DNA of 64,000 bases from Candidatus Omnitrophota bacterium. Lineage in GTDB: Bacteria; Omnitrophota; Gorgyraeia; Zapsychrales; Fredricksoniimonadaceae. The stretch is from NCBI GenBank assembly GCA_030650275.1, contig JAUSEK010000019.1, positions 144 to 64,143 of the forward strand, read 5' to 3'. Every line of letters starts with the position of its first letter. Position 1 is the stretch's first letter. Position numbers and translations under genes: made by a program. The notes beneath the pieces are model-generated. The model made no database searches. It saw only the letters and a program-made list of their open reading frames with translations, and was not told where the DNA came from. Shown here piece after piece: positions 29,184 to 39,448 of this stretch.

Positions 29184-30644
29184 ATGAGCGACATCGTCAA
29201 ACAAAAAGAGTTGGAAGACAACAAACTCTCGGGCGGCGAGTACCGTTACGGCTTTTTTACGGACATTGAGGCCGAAACCGTGCCCAAGGGCCTTAACGAA
29301 GAAACTGTGCGTCTGATCTCCGCCAAAAAGAAAGAGCCGGAATGGATGCTCGAGTGGCGCTTGAAGGCCTTTCGCCACTGGCAGAAAATGACCGAGCCCC
29401 AATGGCCCAATTTTGAGTATGGCCCCATTGATTATCAGGACCTGTATTATTACTCGGCGCCCAAGCAGAAAAATGAAAATCCTAAGAACCTGGGGGAGGT
29501 TGACGAGGAATTGCTCAAGACCTTTGACCGTCTTGGTATCCCTTTGACCGAACAGAAGCGTTTGACCGGGGTGGCCGTGGACGCGGTTTTTGACAGCATT
29601 TCCGTGGGGACAACCCATCAAAGTGAATTGGCCAAGTTGGGGGTCATTTTTTGCTCCATGTCCGAGGCCGTCTTGAACCATCCTGATCTGGTCAAAAAAT
29701 ATATGGGCTCTGTCGTGCCCGCGGCTGACAATTTCTTCGCGGCGCTCAACTCCGCGGTTTTCAGCGATGGGTCATTCTGCTACATTCCCAAAGGCGTGCA
29801 TTGTCCTTTGGAACTCTCAACGTATTTTCGCATCAACGCGGAAAACACCGGGCAGTTTGAACGCACCCTGATCGTGGCCGAAGATGACAGTTATGTCAGT
29901 TATCTGGAAGGGTGCACCGCGCCCATGCGCGACACCCATCAATTGCACGCCGCGGTCGTGGAGCTGGTGGCTTTGAACAATGCCGAGATCAAATATTCCA
30001 CGGTGCAAAACTGGTATTCCGGCGACAAAGAGGGCAAGGGCGGCATTTACAATTTCGTGACCAAGCGCGGCAAATGCGTGGGGGTCAATTCCAAGATCTC
30101 CTGGACCCAGGTGGAAGCGGGCAGTGCCATCACCTGGAAATATCCCTCGGTCATTCTGCAGGGGGACAATTCCGTCGGGAAATTCTATTCGGTGGCCCTG
30201 ACCAGCCATCGCATGACCGCGGACACCGGCACCAAGATGATCCATATCGGCAAAAATACCAAAAGCACCATTGTGTCCAAGGGCATCGCTTCCGAATATG
30301 CCAACAACAGTTACCGGGGTTTGGTTAAGATCATGCCGTCGGCCGAAGGGGCGCGCAATTTTTCCCAATGCGACTCCATGCTGGTGGGCAACCGCTGCAG
30401 CGCCAATACCTTTCCTTATATTGAGGTGAAAAACAACACCGCGGTGGTGGAGCATGAGGCCTCAACATCCAAGATCAACGCCGAACAGATGTTTTATCTG
30501 CGTTCGCGCGGGCTGGACTTGGAAGAGGCGATCTCGCTCATCATCAACGGATTTTGCAAGGATGTTTTTAAGGAATTGCCGCTTGAGTTTTCCGTTGAGG
30601 CGATCAAATTACTGGAAATGAAATTGGAAGGCAGCGTAGGTTAA
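29184..30644 (+). CDS. sufB: Fe-S cluster assembly protein SufB.
   Basis: A 486-aa protein with the conserved SufB core. Confidence 0.9.
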   Translation: MSDIVKQKELEDNKLSGGEYRYGFFTDIEAETVPKGLNEETVRLISAKKKEPEWMLEWRLKAFRHWQKMTEPQWPNFEYGPIDYQDLYYYSAPKQKNENPKNLGEVDEELLKTFDRLGIPLTEQKRLTGVAVDAVFDSISVGTTHQSELAKLGVIFCSMSEAVLNHPDLVKKYMGSVVPAADNFFAALNSAVFSDGSFCYIPKGVHCPLELSTYFRINAENTGQFERTLIVAEDDSYVSYLEGCTAPMRDTHQLHAAVVELVALNNAEIKYSTVQNWYSGDKEGKGGIYNFVTKRGKCVGVNSKISWTQVEAGSAITWKYPSVILQGDNSVGKFYSVALTSHRMTADTGTKMIHIGKNTKSTIVSKGIASEYANNSYRGLVKIMPSAEGARNFSQCDSMLVGNRCSANTFPYIEVKNNTAVVEHEASTSKINAEQMFYLRSRGLDLEEAISLIINGFCKDVFKELPLEFSVEAIKLLEMKLEGSVG

Positions 30645-30645
30645 C

Positions 30646-30673
30646 GTAGGGGCACGGCATGCCGTGCCCGTAC
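30646..30673. repeat. Second copy of the GTAGGGGCACGGCATGCCGTGCCC(G)TAC palindrome, with ACGT...AGGA flanks, lying between sufB and sufC.
   Basis: Read directly; one arm mismatch relative to the 6569 copy. Confidence 0.8.
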
Positions 30674-30688
30674 AGGAAAGGAATTGTA

Positions 30689-31441
30689 ATGTTGGAAATT
30701 AAGGATTTACACGCAGGCATAGAAGGCAAAGAGATCCTGGCAGGGGTCAACCTTAAGGTCAATGCCGGCGAGGTGCACGCCATCATGGGCCCCAACGGGT
30801 CGGGCAAAAGCACCTTGTCCAAGGTGTTGGCCGGCCATCCGCAGTATCAGGTGACGTCGGGGACCATCACGTATGAGGTCAATTTCAAGAAGATCAATTT
30901 GACCGAACTTGAGCCGGACCAGCGCGCGCTGGAAGGCATATTTCTGGCTTTTCAGTATCCTGTGGAGATCCCTGGCGTGCCGACATCGGTGTTTTTAAGG
31001 GCCGCGTTCAATGCCATTTGCCGCCATCAGGGCGCCAATGAAATGGACCCCATTGATTTTGACAAATATTTGCGCGAAAAAATGAAACTCCTGCACATGG
31101 ATGAGCAGTACATTGACCGTCCGGTGAACGTGGATTTTTCCGGCGGGGAGAAAAAGCGCAATGAGATCCTGCAGATGGCGGTCCTGAATCCGCGTCTGGC
31201 TGTTCTGGACGAGACCGATTCGGGGCTGGACATTGATTCCATGAAGATCGTGGCGGACGGCGTCAATAAATTGCAGCGCAAGGACAATGCCATTGTCCTC
31301 ATCACCCATTATCAGCGGCTTTTGAATTACATACAGCCCGATTTTGTCCACATCATGATCGATGGAAAGATCGTCAGGTCCGAGGGCAAGGAACTGGCCC
31401 TGGAAGTGGAAAGCCGCGGCTATGACTGGTTGGTTAAATAA
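30689..31441 (+). CDS. sufC: Fe-S cluster assembly ATPase SufC.
   Basis: Walker A GPNGSGKST and an ABC signature. The start is at MLEIKDL. Confidence 0.9.
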   Translation: MLEIKDLHAGIEGKEILAGVNLKVNAGEVHAIMGPNGSGKSTLSKVLAGHPQYQVTSGTITYEVNFKKINLTELEPDQRALEGIFLAFQYPVEIPGVPTSVFLRAAFNAICRHQGANEMDPIDFDKYLREKMKLLHMDEQYIDRPVNVDFSGGEKKRNEILQMAVLNPRLAVLDETDSGLDIDSMKIVADGVNKLQRKDNAIVLITHYQRLLNYIQPDFVHIMIDGKIVRSEGKELALEVESRGYDWLVK

Positions 31442-31443
31442 AT

Positions 31444-32763
31444 ATGATGACTCAAGAACGGCGATATCCTTTGCGCATTGATGGCCTGGACGAATACCAG
31501 GAAAAGCTGATCGATGCTTCCCCGGCATGGCTCAAAGCCCTGCGCCGTCGGAGTGTGGCCCTTTTTACCGAAGCAGGCCTGCCCACGGTCAAGGAGGAGG
31601 AATGGAAGTATACGCCTCTGGTGGATGTTTTTAACCGTCATTTGCGCGTGGCTGTTGACCCTGTGTCCGTGGATGAGGCGAAGTTGCACGTTTATCAGGA
31701 TGAAGGCGATATCCACGTTGTTTTGGTCAATGGGGTCTTCAACGCCCAACTCTCCGGATTAGACCGCCTGCCTAAGGGGCTGTCCATTTTGTCTTTCCAT
31801 GAAGCCGCCGGCCGTCACTCGCAAGAAATGGAACTGCTCACCGCGCGGCTGACACCCAATGACTCCAAGGCCTTTGTTTCTTTGAACCACGCGCTTTTTA
31901 CTGACGGTGTTTTTGTGCGTGTTGAGGAGAATGCCGTCATTGAACCGCTCATCCATATCATCCACGCGACGGCCTGCGATGAGCCGGATGTCATGGTTTT
32001 TCCGCGCTGCATGGTCATCGTGGGCAAGAACGCGCAGGCCTCCATCATGGAAAGCCACGTTTCCCTGGACGCGGAAGTGTATGTCAGTGACGCGCTCACC
32101 GATATCCGCATCGGCGAGGGGGCCGTTGTCCACTATTGCAAGGCCGAAGCCGAAAATGCCGGCTCTGTCCATATCGCCGCGACCCGCATCTGGCAGGAGG
32201 GCGCCAGCACCCTGGAATCGTTTGCCTTTGCCCACGGGGCGCTGTTGACGCGCAACAATCTTTCCATCCTGCTTAAAGGCGAGGGGGCCAACACCGTGAT
32301 GAACGGATTTTACGCCATTGACGGTCAACAGCACGTGGACAATCACACGTTTTTGGACATCCAGCATCCTAATTGCACCACTTTTCAATTCTATAAAGGG
32401 CTTCTCAATGGCGCCGGCCACGCGGTGTTCAACGGCAAGATCTATGTGCATCCCGAAGCGCAGAAGACCAACGCGTATCAGTTGAACAAACATTTGTTGT
32501 TAGGGGCCGAGGCGCGGGTGGACACCAAACCCCAACTGGAGATCTTTGCCGACGACGTCAAATGCACCCACGGCGCCACCATCGGCCAGTTGAGCGAGGA
32601 CGAGGTCTTTTATCTGCAAAGCCGCTGTATCAACCGGACCAAGGCGGTGCAGTTATTGTCCAAAGGGTTCATGGACGATATCATCAATACGGTCAAGTCC
32701 TTGCCCATCCGCCGCAAACTGAATAAACTTTTGTCCGTCAAATTTCCGGAAGTTAAACTTTAG
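31444..32763 (+). CDS. sufD: Fe-S cluster assembly protein SufD.
   Basis: SufB-paralogous beta-helix protein, positioned after sufC. Confidence 0.85.
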   Translation: MMTQERRYPLRIDGLDEYQEKLIDASPAWLKALRRRSVALFTEAGLPTVKEEEWKYTPLVDVFNRHLRVAVDPVSVDEAKLHVYQDEGDIHVVLVNGVFNAQLSGLDRLPKGLSILSFHEAAGRHSQEMELLTARLTPNDSKAFVSLNHALFTDGVFVRVEENAVIEPLIHIIHATACDEPDVMVFPRCMVIVGKNAQASIMESHVSLDAEVYVSDALTDIRIGEGAVVHYCKAEAENAGSVHIAATRIWQEGASTLESFAFAHGALLTRNNLSILLKGEGANTVMNGFYAIDGQQHVDNHTFLDIQHPNCTTFQFYKGLLNGAGHAVFNGKIYVHPEAQKTNAYQLNKHLLLGAEARVDTKPQLEIFADDVKCTHGATIGQLSEDEVFYLQSRCINRTKAVQLLSKGFMDDIINTVKSLPIRRKLNKLLSVKFPEVKL

Positions 32764-32776
32764 AAGGGTCAAGACC

Positions 32777-34003
32777 ATGTCTGCCCTCGATGTTAAAAAG
32801 ATCCGCTCGGACTTCCCTAACCTGCACATTCAGGTGCACGGCAAGCCGCTGGTATATCTGGACAATGCGGCCACCACGTTCAAACCCCATTGTGTGATAG
32901 AGGCCATGGATGCCTATTACTCGCAAGGCACGTCCAACGTGCATCGCGGCGTGCATTATTTGAGCGAGCACGCCACCCAGGCGTTTGAAGAGGCCCGCAA
33001 GACCGTGGCGGAATTCCTGAATGCCGCCAAGCCGCAGGAGATCATTTTTACCCGCGGGGCCACGGAATCCATCAACCTTGTGGCCCAGAGTTATGGCCGC
33101 GCGTTTCTTAAACCCGGCGATGAAATTCTCATTTCCCACATGGAGCATCATTCCAATATCGTGCCCTGGCAGATCTTGTGCCAGCAAACAGGATGCGTGT
33201 TAAAGGTCGCACCCATCAACCGTCAGGGAGAGATCATTTGGGAAGAATTTTTGCGTTTGCTTGGGCCCAAGACAAAGATCGTTTCCGTCGTATGGGTGTC
33301 CAACTCTTTGGGCACGGTCAATCCCGTTGAAAATATCATTAAAGAAGCGCATCAACGCGGGGCTGTGGTGCTGGTTGACGGCGCGCAGGCGGTCACGCAT
33401 GCTCCGGTGGATGTGAAGGCCCTGGATTGCGACTTTTTTGTCTTTTCCGGGCATAAAATTTTTGGGCCCACAGGTGTCGGCGTTCTGTACGGCAAGGAGA
33501 AATTGTTGGACGCCATGCCTCCGTATCAGGGCGGGGGAGACATGATCGCTTCTGTGACTTTCGCCAAAACAACGTATAATGTTCTGCCCTATAAATTTGA
33601 GGCAGGCACGCCTGCCATTGCCGAGGTCATCGGCTTGGGCGAAGCCCTGCGTTACGTGCAAAGCATCGGTTTTGCGGACATGGCCGCGCAGAAAAAAGAA
33701 TTGCTGGAATACGGCACGCAGGTACTTTCCGCCATCCCCGGTGTGACCCTCATCGGCACGGCCAAGGAAAAGACATCCATCATCTCTTTTATCGTGGAGG
33801 GCATACACCCGCATGACCTGGGGACCCTCGTGGACGAAGAGGGTGTGGCCATACGCACCGGGCATCATTGCACCCAGCCGGTGATGGATTTCTTCGGTGT
33901 GCCCGCGACCGCCCGCGCGTCCATGGCTTTCTATAACACCAAAGAAGAATTAGACGTTTTGGCCAAGGCCATCCATAAAGCGAAAGAAGTTTTCCATGCG
34001 TGA
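32777..34003 (+). CDS. sufS: Cysteine desulfurase, SufS type.
   Basis: Class V aminotransferase fold with the PLP lysine in the ..SGHK.. motif and the catalytic Cys loop HHC. Confidence 0.85.
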   Translation: MSALDVKKIRSDFPNLHIQVHGKPLVYLDNAATTFKPHCVIEAMDAYYSQGTSNVHRGVHYLSEHATQAFEEARKTVAEFLNAAKPQEIIFTRGATESINLVAQSYGRAFLKPGDEILISHMEHHSNIVPWQILCQQTGCVLKVAPINRQGEIIWEEFLRLLGPKTKIVSVVWVSNSLGTVNPVENIIKEAHQRGAVVLVDGAQAVTHAPVDVKALDCDFFVFSGHKIFGPTGVGVLYGKEKLLDAMPPYQGGGDMIASVTFAKTTYNVLPYKFEAGTPAIAEVIGLGEALRYVQSIGFADMAAQKKELLEYGTQVLSAIPGVTLIGTAKEKTSIISFIVEGIHPHDLGTLVDEEGVAIRTGHHCTQPVMDFFGVPATARASMAFYNTKEELDVLAKAIHKAKEVFHA

Positions 34004-34439
34004 CGAACTCTACCAACAGACAATCATTGAACACAACCGTCACCCGCGCAATTTCCGCAAGATCGCGGGCGCGACCCACGCGGCCGAGGGCTACAATCCT
34101 TTGTGCGGGGACCATTTGTGGGTCTATATGAACGTTGCTGACGGCATCATCAAGGACGCGGCGTTCGAGGGCTCCGGGTGCGCCATTTCCAAGGCCTCAT
34201 CATCCATGATGACAGAGGCCTTAAAAGGCAAGACCATTGCCCAAGCCAAGGCCTTGTTTGACGAATTCCATCGCTTAGTCATCGGTGAATTGAAGCCCGA
34301 CGGCAAGACCGATCATCTGGACAAACTTGCTGTTTTTTCCGGCATCTGGCAATACCCCTCGCGCGTCAAATGCGCGTCGCTGTCCTGGCACACCATGAAT
34401 GGCTCGCTGGACAAGGTTAAAACCATTTCAACCGAGTGA
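33996..34439 (+). CDS. sufU: SUF-system NifU/IscU-like scaffold (SufU).
   Basis: CGD...GSGCAIS Cys ligands. Confidence 0.8.
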   Translation: MRDELYQQTIIEHNRHPRNFRKIAGATHAAEGYNPLCGDHLWVYMNVADGIIKDAAFEGSGCAISKASSSMMTEALKGKTIAQAKALFDEFHRLVIGELKPDGKTDHLDKLAVFSGIWQYPSRVKCASLSWHTMNGSLDKVKTISTE

Positions 34440-34440
34440 A

Positions 34441-34477
34441 TTATGGGGACATGTACTTGTTACGTGTCCCCATAATT
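34441..34477. repeat. Palindrome TTATGGGGACATGTA-CTTG-TTACGTGTCCCCATAA with 15-bp arms, immediately after the sufU stop.
   Basis: Read directly. It shares the TTATGGGGACA end with the 9216 element. Confidence 0.8.
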
Positions 34478-34487
34478 CCTAAAAGGA

Positions 34488-34523
34488 TTGTCATTCCCGA
34501 ATGCTTTTGTCGGGAATCCAGAC
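34488..34523. repeat. Second copy of the ATTCCCGAATGCTT.TGTCGGGAATCCAGAC hairpin unit, in the moaA leader.
   Basis: Read directly. Confidence 0.75.
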
Positions 34524-34526
34524 ACT

Positions 34527-35543
34527 ATGTCCACACTCGATCAACTTAATCGCCCACTAAGAGACCTGCGCATCTCCGTCATTGACCGCTGCAATTTTCG
34601 CTGTCCGTACTGCATGCCCGCGGAACAGTTCCACCGCACCTACGAATTTCTGAACAAAAACGAATGGCTGTCCTTTGATGAAATTGATCGGCTGGCGCGC
34701 GTTTTTGTTTCTTTAGGCGTCAAAAAACTGCGCCTCACCGGCGGCGAGCCCTTGTTGCGGCCCAACATTGACGAACTGGTCCGCAAATTATCCACCATTG
34801 AAGGGGTAGAAGACCTGGCCCTGACCACCAACGGTTCCATGCTGGCCGAATGGGCAGGGCGCTTAAAAGCCGCGGGCCTCAAACGCCTGACCGTGAGTTT
34901 GGATACCTTGGACCCGGACGTCTTTAAGCAAATGAACGGCAATCGGGGCAAGGTGGAGGATGTGCTGGACGGCATCAAAGCCGCCGAGGCGGCCGGTTTT
35001 AAACGCATCAAATTCAATGTCGTCATCCAACGCGGGGTCAATGACCATACCATTCTGGACCTGGTGCGGCATTTCCGCGGCACCGGCCACGTCCTGCGTT
35101 TCATTGAATACATGGACGTGGGCAATCAAAACCGCTGGGAATACAAGTATGTGGTGCCTTCGTCCGAAATTGTCCAAATGATCCAGGACGTCTATCCTTT
35201 GGAACGCTTTGACGGCACCCAGGACGGGGAAACCTCCGAGCGCTACCGTTTCAAGGACGGGCAGGGGGAGATCGGGTTTGTTTCCTCGGTCAGCCACGCT
35301 TTTTGCGGCACCTGTAACCGCCTGCGCCTCTCCGCCGACGGCAAAATGTACACCTGCCTTTTTGCCACCCACGGCACCGACCTGCTGGCGAACCTGCGCA
35401 ACGGCGCCGACGATGCCTTCCTGGCCCATCTCATCCGCGTCACCTGGATGAAGCGCGAAGACCGTTATTCCGAACTGCGGTCCGAACATCGCCAATCTAA
35501 TAGGAATATTCCTAAGGTTGAGATGTATCATATAGGTGGATGA
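34527..35543 (+). CDS. moaA: GTP 3',8-cyclase (molybdenum cofactor biosynthesis MoaA).
   Basis: LRISVIDRCNFRCPYCMP matches the MoaA N-terminal radical-SAM cluster, and C-terminal second-cluster cysteines are present. The last ~15 aa (NRNIPKVEMYHIGG) run into the AT-rich island and may be junction-derived. Confidence 0.85.
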   Translation: MSTLDQLNRPLRDLRISVIDRCNFRCPYCMPAEQFHRTYEFLNKNEWLSFDEIDRLARVFVSLGVKKLRLTGGEPLLRPNIDELVRKLSTIEGVEDLALTTNGSMLAEWAGRLKAAGLKRLTVSLDTLDPDVFKQMNGNRGKVEDVLDGIKAAEAAGFKRIKFNVVIQRGVNDHTILDLVRHFRGTGHVLRFIEYMDVGNQNRWEYKYVVPSSEIVQMIQDVYPLERFDGTQDGETSERYRFKDGQGEIGFVSSVSHAFCGTCNRLRLSADGKMYTCLFATHGTDLLANLRNGADDAFLAHLIRVTWMKREDRYSELRSEHRQSNRNIPKVEMYHIGG

Positions 35544-35549
35544 TGAGAA

Positions 35550-36605
35550 ATGAATAATTGGCCAATACCAGAGTTTACAAAAAGCCAAGTCAGTAAGGCC
35601 GGGGAAACATTAATTAACCCTACCTCTCCATTACAACAGGTAATGGCATTTCGAATACTCAATAATTGGCGTTCTTGTCACGGGTATCCAATTAATACTT
35701 TTCAATCTACTTTAAGGAAGAAGCTTGTTGCGATTGGAGTTCCTAAAGCTATCGTCGCGCAACGTTTAAAAAGAACACCTTCAATTATTAGAAAATTGAA
35801 AAGATTTAAGCATATGCAGCTTTCAAGAATGCAAGATATTGGAGGACTAAGAGCAGTGGTTAGGAATTTAGAGCAACTTCGTGCTTTGGAGAGTAATTAT
35901 GCTAAAAGCCGATTTGAGCATTTTTTTGTAAGTAAAGATGATTATATTCTCTCCCCCAAGAAATCAGGGTATCGGGGGGTTCATATTATTTATAAATATC
36001 GTAATAAAAAAGTGCCTGTATACGATGGTTTATTGCTCGAACTTCAAATTAGAACTGATTTACAACACGCCTGGGCAACAGCGGTAGAGACAATTGATAC
36101 ATTTTTAGAATTTTCATTAAAAGCAAGCGAAGGACCAAGAAGATGGCTTAAGTTTTTTGCTTTAGTAGGATCAGCATTTGCGCATTTAGAAGAAACAACA
36201 CCAGTTCCTGAGTATGGGCATTTATCAAAACGTGAAACATTTCTGGAGGTTGTACAGGCGGCTAAAGGGCTTGGTGTACGTCATAAATTAAGTGCTTTCT
36301 CTATTGTTGCAAATCATATTTTGACTGATGAGAAAACCAGTAGCTACCATTATCATTTAATCGAATTAAATCCTGCTGAGAAAACTGTTAGCCTTCGATC
36401 ATTTGGGCGGGATCAGGTTGAGTTAGCTAATGAGGAATATTCCAAGAAAGAGCAGCGTATTTTAAAAGGTGAAAAGTTGCAAATTGTTCTTGTTTCAGCG
36501 GGAAATATTGAAACATTAAAGCGGGCCTATCCTAATTATTTCTTGGATACCAAGAATTTTGTTCAAAGGTTAGATGAAATTGAGACATTAGTTGGAAAAC
36601 TATAA
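35550..36605 (+). CDS. RelA/SpoT-domain (alarmone-synthetase fold) protein of 351 aa with a ~160-aa C-terminal extension. Candidate CapRel-like fused toxSAS toxin-antitoxin defense protein.
   Basis: Synthetase motifs appear in order: basic Syn1 (..AIGVPKAIVAQRLKRTPSIIRKLKR..), DIGGLRAVV, GYRGVHIIY and ELQIRTDLQHAWA. There is no separate small antitoxin ORF beside it. The gene is AT-rich and sits at the island edge next to a Type I R-M system. Confidence 0.7.
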   Translation: MNNWPIPEFTKSQVSKAGETLINPTSPLQQVMAFRILNNWRSCHGYPINTFQSTLRKKLVAIGVPKAIVAQRLKRTPSIIRKLKRFKHMQLSRMQDIGGLRAVVRNLEQLRALESNYAKSRFEHFFVSKDDYILSPKKSGYRGVHIIYKYRNKKVPVYDGLLLELQIRTDLQHAWATAVETIDTFLEFSLKASEGPRRWLKFFALVGSAFAHLEETTPVPEYGHLSKRETFLEVVQAAKGLGVRHKLSAFSIVANHILTDEKTSSYHYHLIELNPAEKTVSLRSFGRDQVELANEEYSKKEQRILKGEKLQIVLVSAGNIETLKRAYPNYFLDTKNFVQRLDEIETLVGKL

Positions 36606-36660
36606 GAAATAGTAATTCTGATCAATAATGCCCAGCGGATTTGTTAAGGGAGAAAGCATA

Positions 36661-38235
36661 ATGACTGAAAAACAAAGAAAGAAGAACATTAAAAGTATTG
36701 AAGAAACCTTGTGGGATTCGGCAAATAAGCTCCGTGGTTCGGTTGAGCCATCAGAATACAAGCATGTGGTGCTGGGACTGATATTCCTGAAGTTTGCCAG
36801 CGACAAGTTTGAGGAACGCAAGCAGGAATTGATTGCCGAGGGCAAAAAGAAGTATTTAGACATGGTGGAGTTTTACACCAGCAAGAATGTGTTCTATCTA
36901 GCTGAAATCTCACGCTGGAGTTATTTGATCGGAAATGCCAAGCAAGACGACATTGCCATAAAGATTGATACAGCCCTTTTTACCGTTGAGAAGAACAACC
37001 CTGCTCTCAAAGGCGCTTTGCCTGACAATTATTATTCACGAATGAATCTGGATGGAAGCAAGCTGGCGGCTTTGCTCGACACCATCAACAATATTAACAC
37101 CCTTAAAGACAAGCAGCAGGACATTGTAGGCAGGGTGTATGAATACTTCTTGAGTAAGTTCGCCATTGCAGAAGGAAAAGGCAAAGGAGAATTCTACACT
37201 CCCAAGAGTATTGTAAACCTGATTGCAGAGATGATTGAGCCTTACAAAGGGAAGATTTATGACCCTTGTTGCGGTTCGGGCGGCATGTTTGTGCAGAGCA
37301 TGAAGTTTATTGAAAGCCATCACGGAAATAAAAAAGACATTTCCATCTACGGGCAGGAAGCAATTACCACTACTTACAAGTTGGCAAAAATGAATTTAGC
37401 CATTCGGGGCATCAGTGCCAACCTAGGCGATGTGGCAGAGAATACTTTCTTTCGTGATCAGCACAAAGATCTGAAAGCCGATTACATCATGGCTAACCCA
37501 CCTTTCAATCAAAGCCAGTGGCGGGCAGACAACGAACTTACTAACGATCCGCGATGGGCTGGCTACGATGTTCCGCCAACAAGCAATGCTAACTATGCGT
37601 GGATTCTAAACATGGTGAGTAAACTATCTGAAAACGGTGCGGCTGGTTTTGTTTTGGCGAATGGTGCATTGAGTGCCGACGGAACGGAGAAAGCTATTCG
37701 CAGAAAATTGATCGAGAATAATTTGGTGGAAGCAATCATGGTTTTACCTAAAGGCATGTTTTATACAACACCAATTAGCGTTACACTTTGGTTTATGAAT
37801 AGAAATAAAAAAGCAAGAACTATTGAACTAAATGGTGAAATTAAGAAATATCGCAACCGAGAGAGAGAAATCTTATTTTTTGATTTAAGAAAGGTGGGGG
37901 AACCTTTTGAAAAGAAATTCGTGCAGTTTTCAGAAACCGCTATTAAGCAAATAACCGATACCTTTCATAATTGGCAACAGGCTGGTTTTGAGAAAACATA
38001 TCAGAATACGCCAGAGTTTTGCCGCAGCGTATCATTTGAGGAAATAGAGAAGAAAGATTTCTCACTGGTACCAAGCAAGTATATTGAGTTTGTAAATCGT
38101 GATGAGAATATTGACTTTGACGATAAGATGCAGAGTTTACAAACGGAATTTGCCAACCTGCTGAAAATCGAAGAAGAGTCGAAGAAAGATCTATTAATCG
38201 TTTTTAAAGAATTGGGCTATGAAATTAAATTATAA
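36661..38235 (+). CDS. hsdM: Type I restriction-modification system, DNA methyltransferase subunit.
   Basis: HsdM N-terminal domain, an N6-MTase fold with catalytic NPPF (MANPPFNQSQW), and a SAM motif. The ATG at 36661 is preceded by an AAGGGAG RBS. Confidence 0.9.
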   Translation: MTEKQRKKNIKSIEETLWDSANKLRGSVEPSEYKHVVLGLIFLKFASDKFEERKQELIAEGKKKYLDMVEFYTSKNVFYLAEISRWSYLIGNAKQDDIAIKIDTALFTVEKNNPALKGALPDNYYSRMNLDGSKLAALLDTINNINTLKDKQQDIVGRVYEYFLSKFAIAEGKGKGEFYTPKSIVNLIAEMIEPYKGKIYDPCCGSGGMFVQSMKFIESHHGNKKDISIYGQEAITTTYKLAKMNLAIRGISANLGDVAENTFFRDQHKDLKADYIMANPPFNQSQWRADNELTNDPRWAGYDVPPTSNANYAWILNMVSKLSENGAAGFVLANGALSADGTEKAIRRKLIENNLVEAIMVLPKGMFYTTPISVTLWFMNRNKKARTIELNGEIKKYRNREREILFFDLRKVGEPFEKKFVQFSETAIKQITDTFHNWQQAGFEKTYQNTPEFCRSVSFEEIEKKDFSLVPSKYIEFVNRDENIDFDDKMQSLQTEFANLLKIEEESKKDLLIVFKELGYEIKL

Positions 38236-39445
38236 CAAACTTGGTCAGTATATTAAGGAAGTAAATGAAAGAAATAGTGATTTGGCTATTACCAAACTTA
38301 TTGGCGTAAGTATGGAGAAAACATTTATTTCTTCCGTTGCTAATATTGTTGATACAGATATGTCCGTTTATAAGATTCTAAAGAAAGGACAACTTGCTTG
38401 TAAGTTGATGAGTGTAGGAAGAGATGAAAAGCTTCCTGTGGATTTATATAAAAATGATGAACCTGCCATCGTTTCGTCTGCTTATTATGTTTTTGAACCA
38501 ATAGACAACAAGATTCTATTGTCAGAATATTTATTTATGTGGTTATGCCGTCCGGAGAATGATAGATACATTGGTTTTATAAGTGGTGGAGATGTCAGAG
38601 GAGGCATATCATGGGAAACATTTTGTGATATTCCTATTAAAGTTCCCCACCCTGCAAAACAAAAAGAAATTGTAAAAGAATACAACGCCATTGTAAAACG
38701 CATAGCTTTCAACAGTCAGTTTATTCAGAAATTAGAAGAAACAGCACAGGCAATTTACAAGCAATGGTTTGTTGATTTTGAATTTCCTAATGAGAGTAGA
38801 AAGCCCTACAGATCCAATAATGGTGAAATGGAATTTAATGAAAAATTAGAAAGAGAAATCCCAAAGGGGTGGAAAGTTGATGTAATTTCAAAGCTAGTAA
38901 CGGTAAAAGATGGCACACATGATTCACCCGAACCTACAGAGGTTGGTCATCCCTTGGTTACTTCAACGCACTTGAATCTATACGACCTTTCTTTGAATGA
39001 AACCTATAATATTAGCGCAGAAGATTTCAATCAAGCTAATAAACGGAGCAAAGTTGATAAGCACGACATTCTTTTTAGTATGATTGGCACGATTGGTTTA
39101 GTTAATTATGTTTTATATGACAATATAAATTTTGCAATTAAAAATGTGGGGCTTTTTAAGACATCTGAGAGAAAAGAAGTCGCAGAATACATTCTTTATT
39201 TCTTAAAGAGTGACTATTTGAAGTTACACATTCAATCAAGTTTATTAGGAAGCACTCAAAACTATGTAACATTAGACTTTTTAAGGACAATTCCTATTTT
39301 GATTCCTTCCAATAATATTTTTATACAATTTGAAGAATGTGCTGGGAAGATTGTTAATAATATTTATTTAAAAGTAAAAGAAAACAATGCTCTTAAAACA
39401 GTAAAGAATTTATTGCTTTCAAAACTTGCGACTATAGAGAATTAA
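38219..39445 (+). CDS. hsdS: Type I restriction-modification system, specificity subunit.
   Basis: Two target-recognition domains separated by conserved helical repeats; sits between hsdM and hsdR. Confidence 0.85.
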   Translation: MKLNYNKLGQYIKEVNERNSDLAITKLIGVSMEKTFISSVANIVDTDMSVYKILKKGQLACKLMSVGRDEKLPVDLYKNDEPAIVSSAYYVFEPIDNKILLSEYLFMWLCRPENDRYIGFISGGDVRGGISWETFCDIPIKVPHPAKQKEIVKEYNAIVKRIAFNSQFIQKLEETAQAIYKQWFVDFEFPNESRKPYRSNNGEMEFNEKLEREIPKGWKVDVISKLVTVKDGTHDSPEPTEVGHPLVTSTHLNLYDLSLNETYNISAEDFNQANKRSKVDKHDILFSMIGTIGLVNYVLYDNINFAIKNVGLFKTSERKEVAEYILYFLKSDYLKLHIQSSLLGSTQNYVTLDFLRTIPILIPSNNIFIQFEECAGKIVNNIYLKVKENNALKTVKNLLLSKLATIEN

Positions 39446-39448
39446 AAA

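Noticed and set aside
31759-32493. A 244-aa minus-strand ORF.
   Set aside because: It is antisense to sufD; a shadow ORF.
34863-35588. A 241-aa minus-strand ORF.
   Set aside because: It is antisense to moaA; a shadow ORF.
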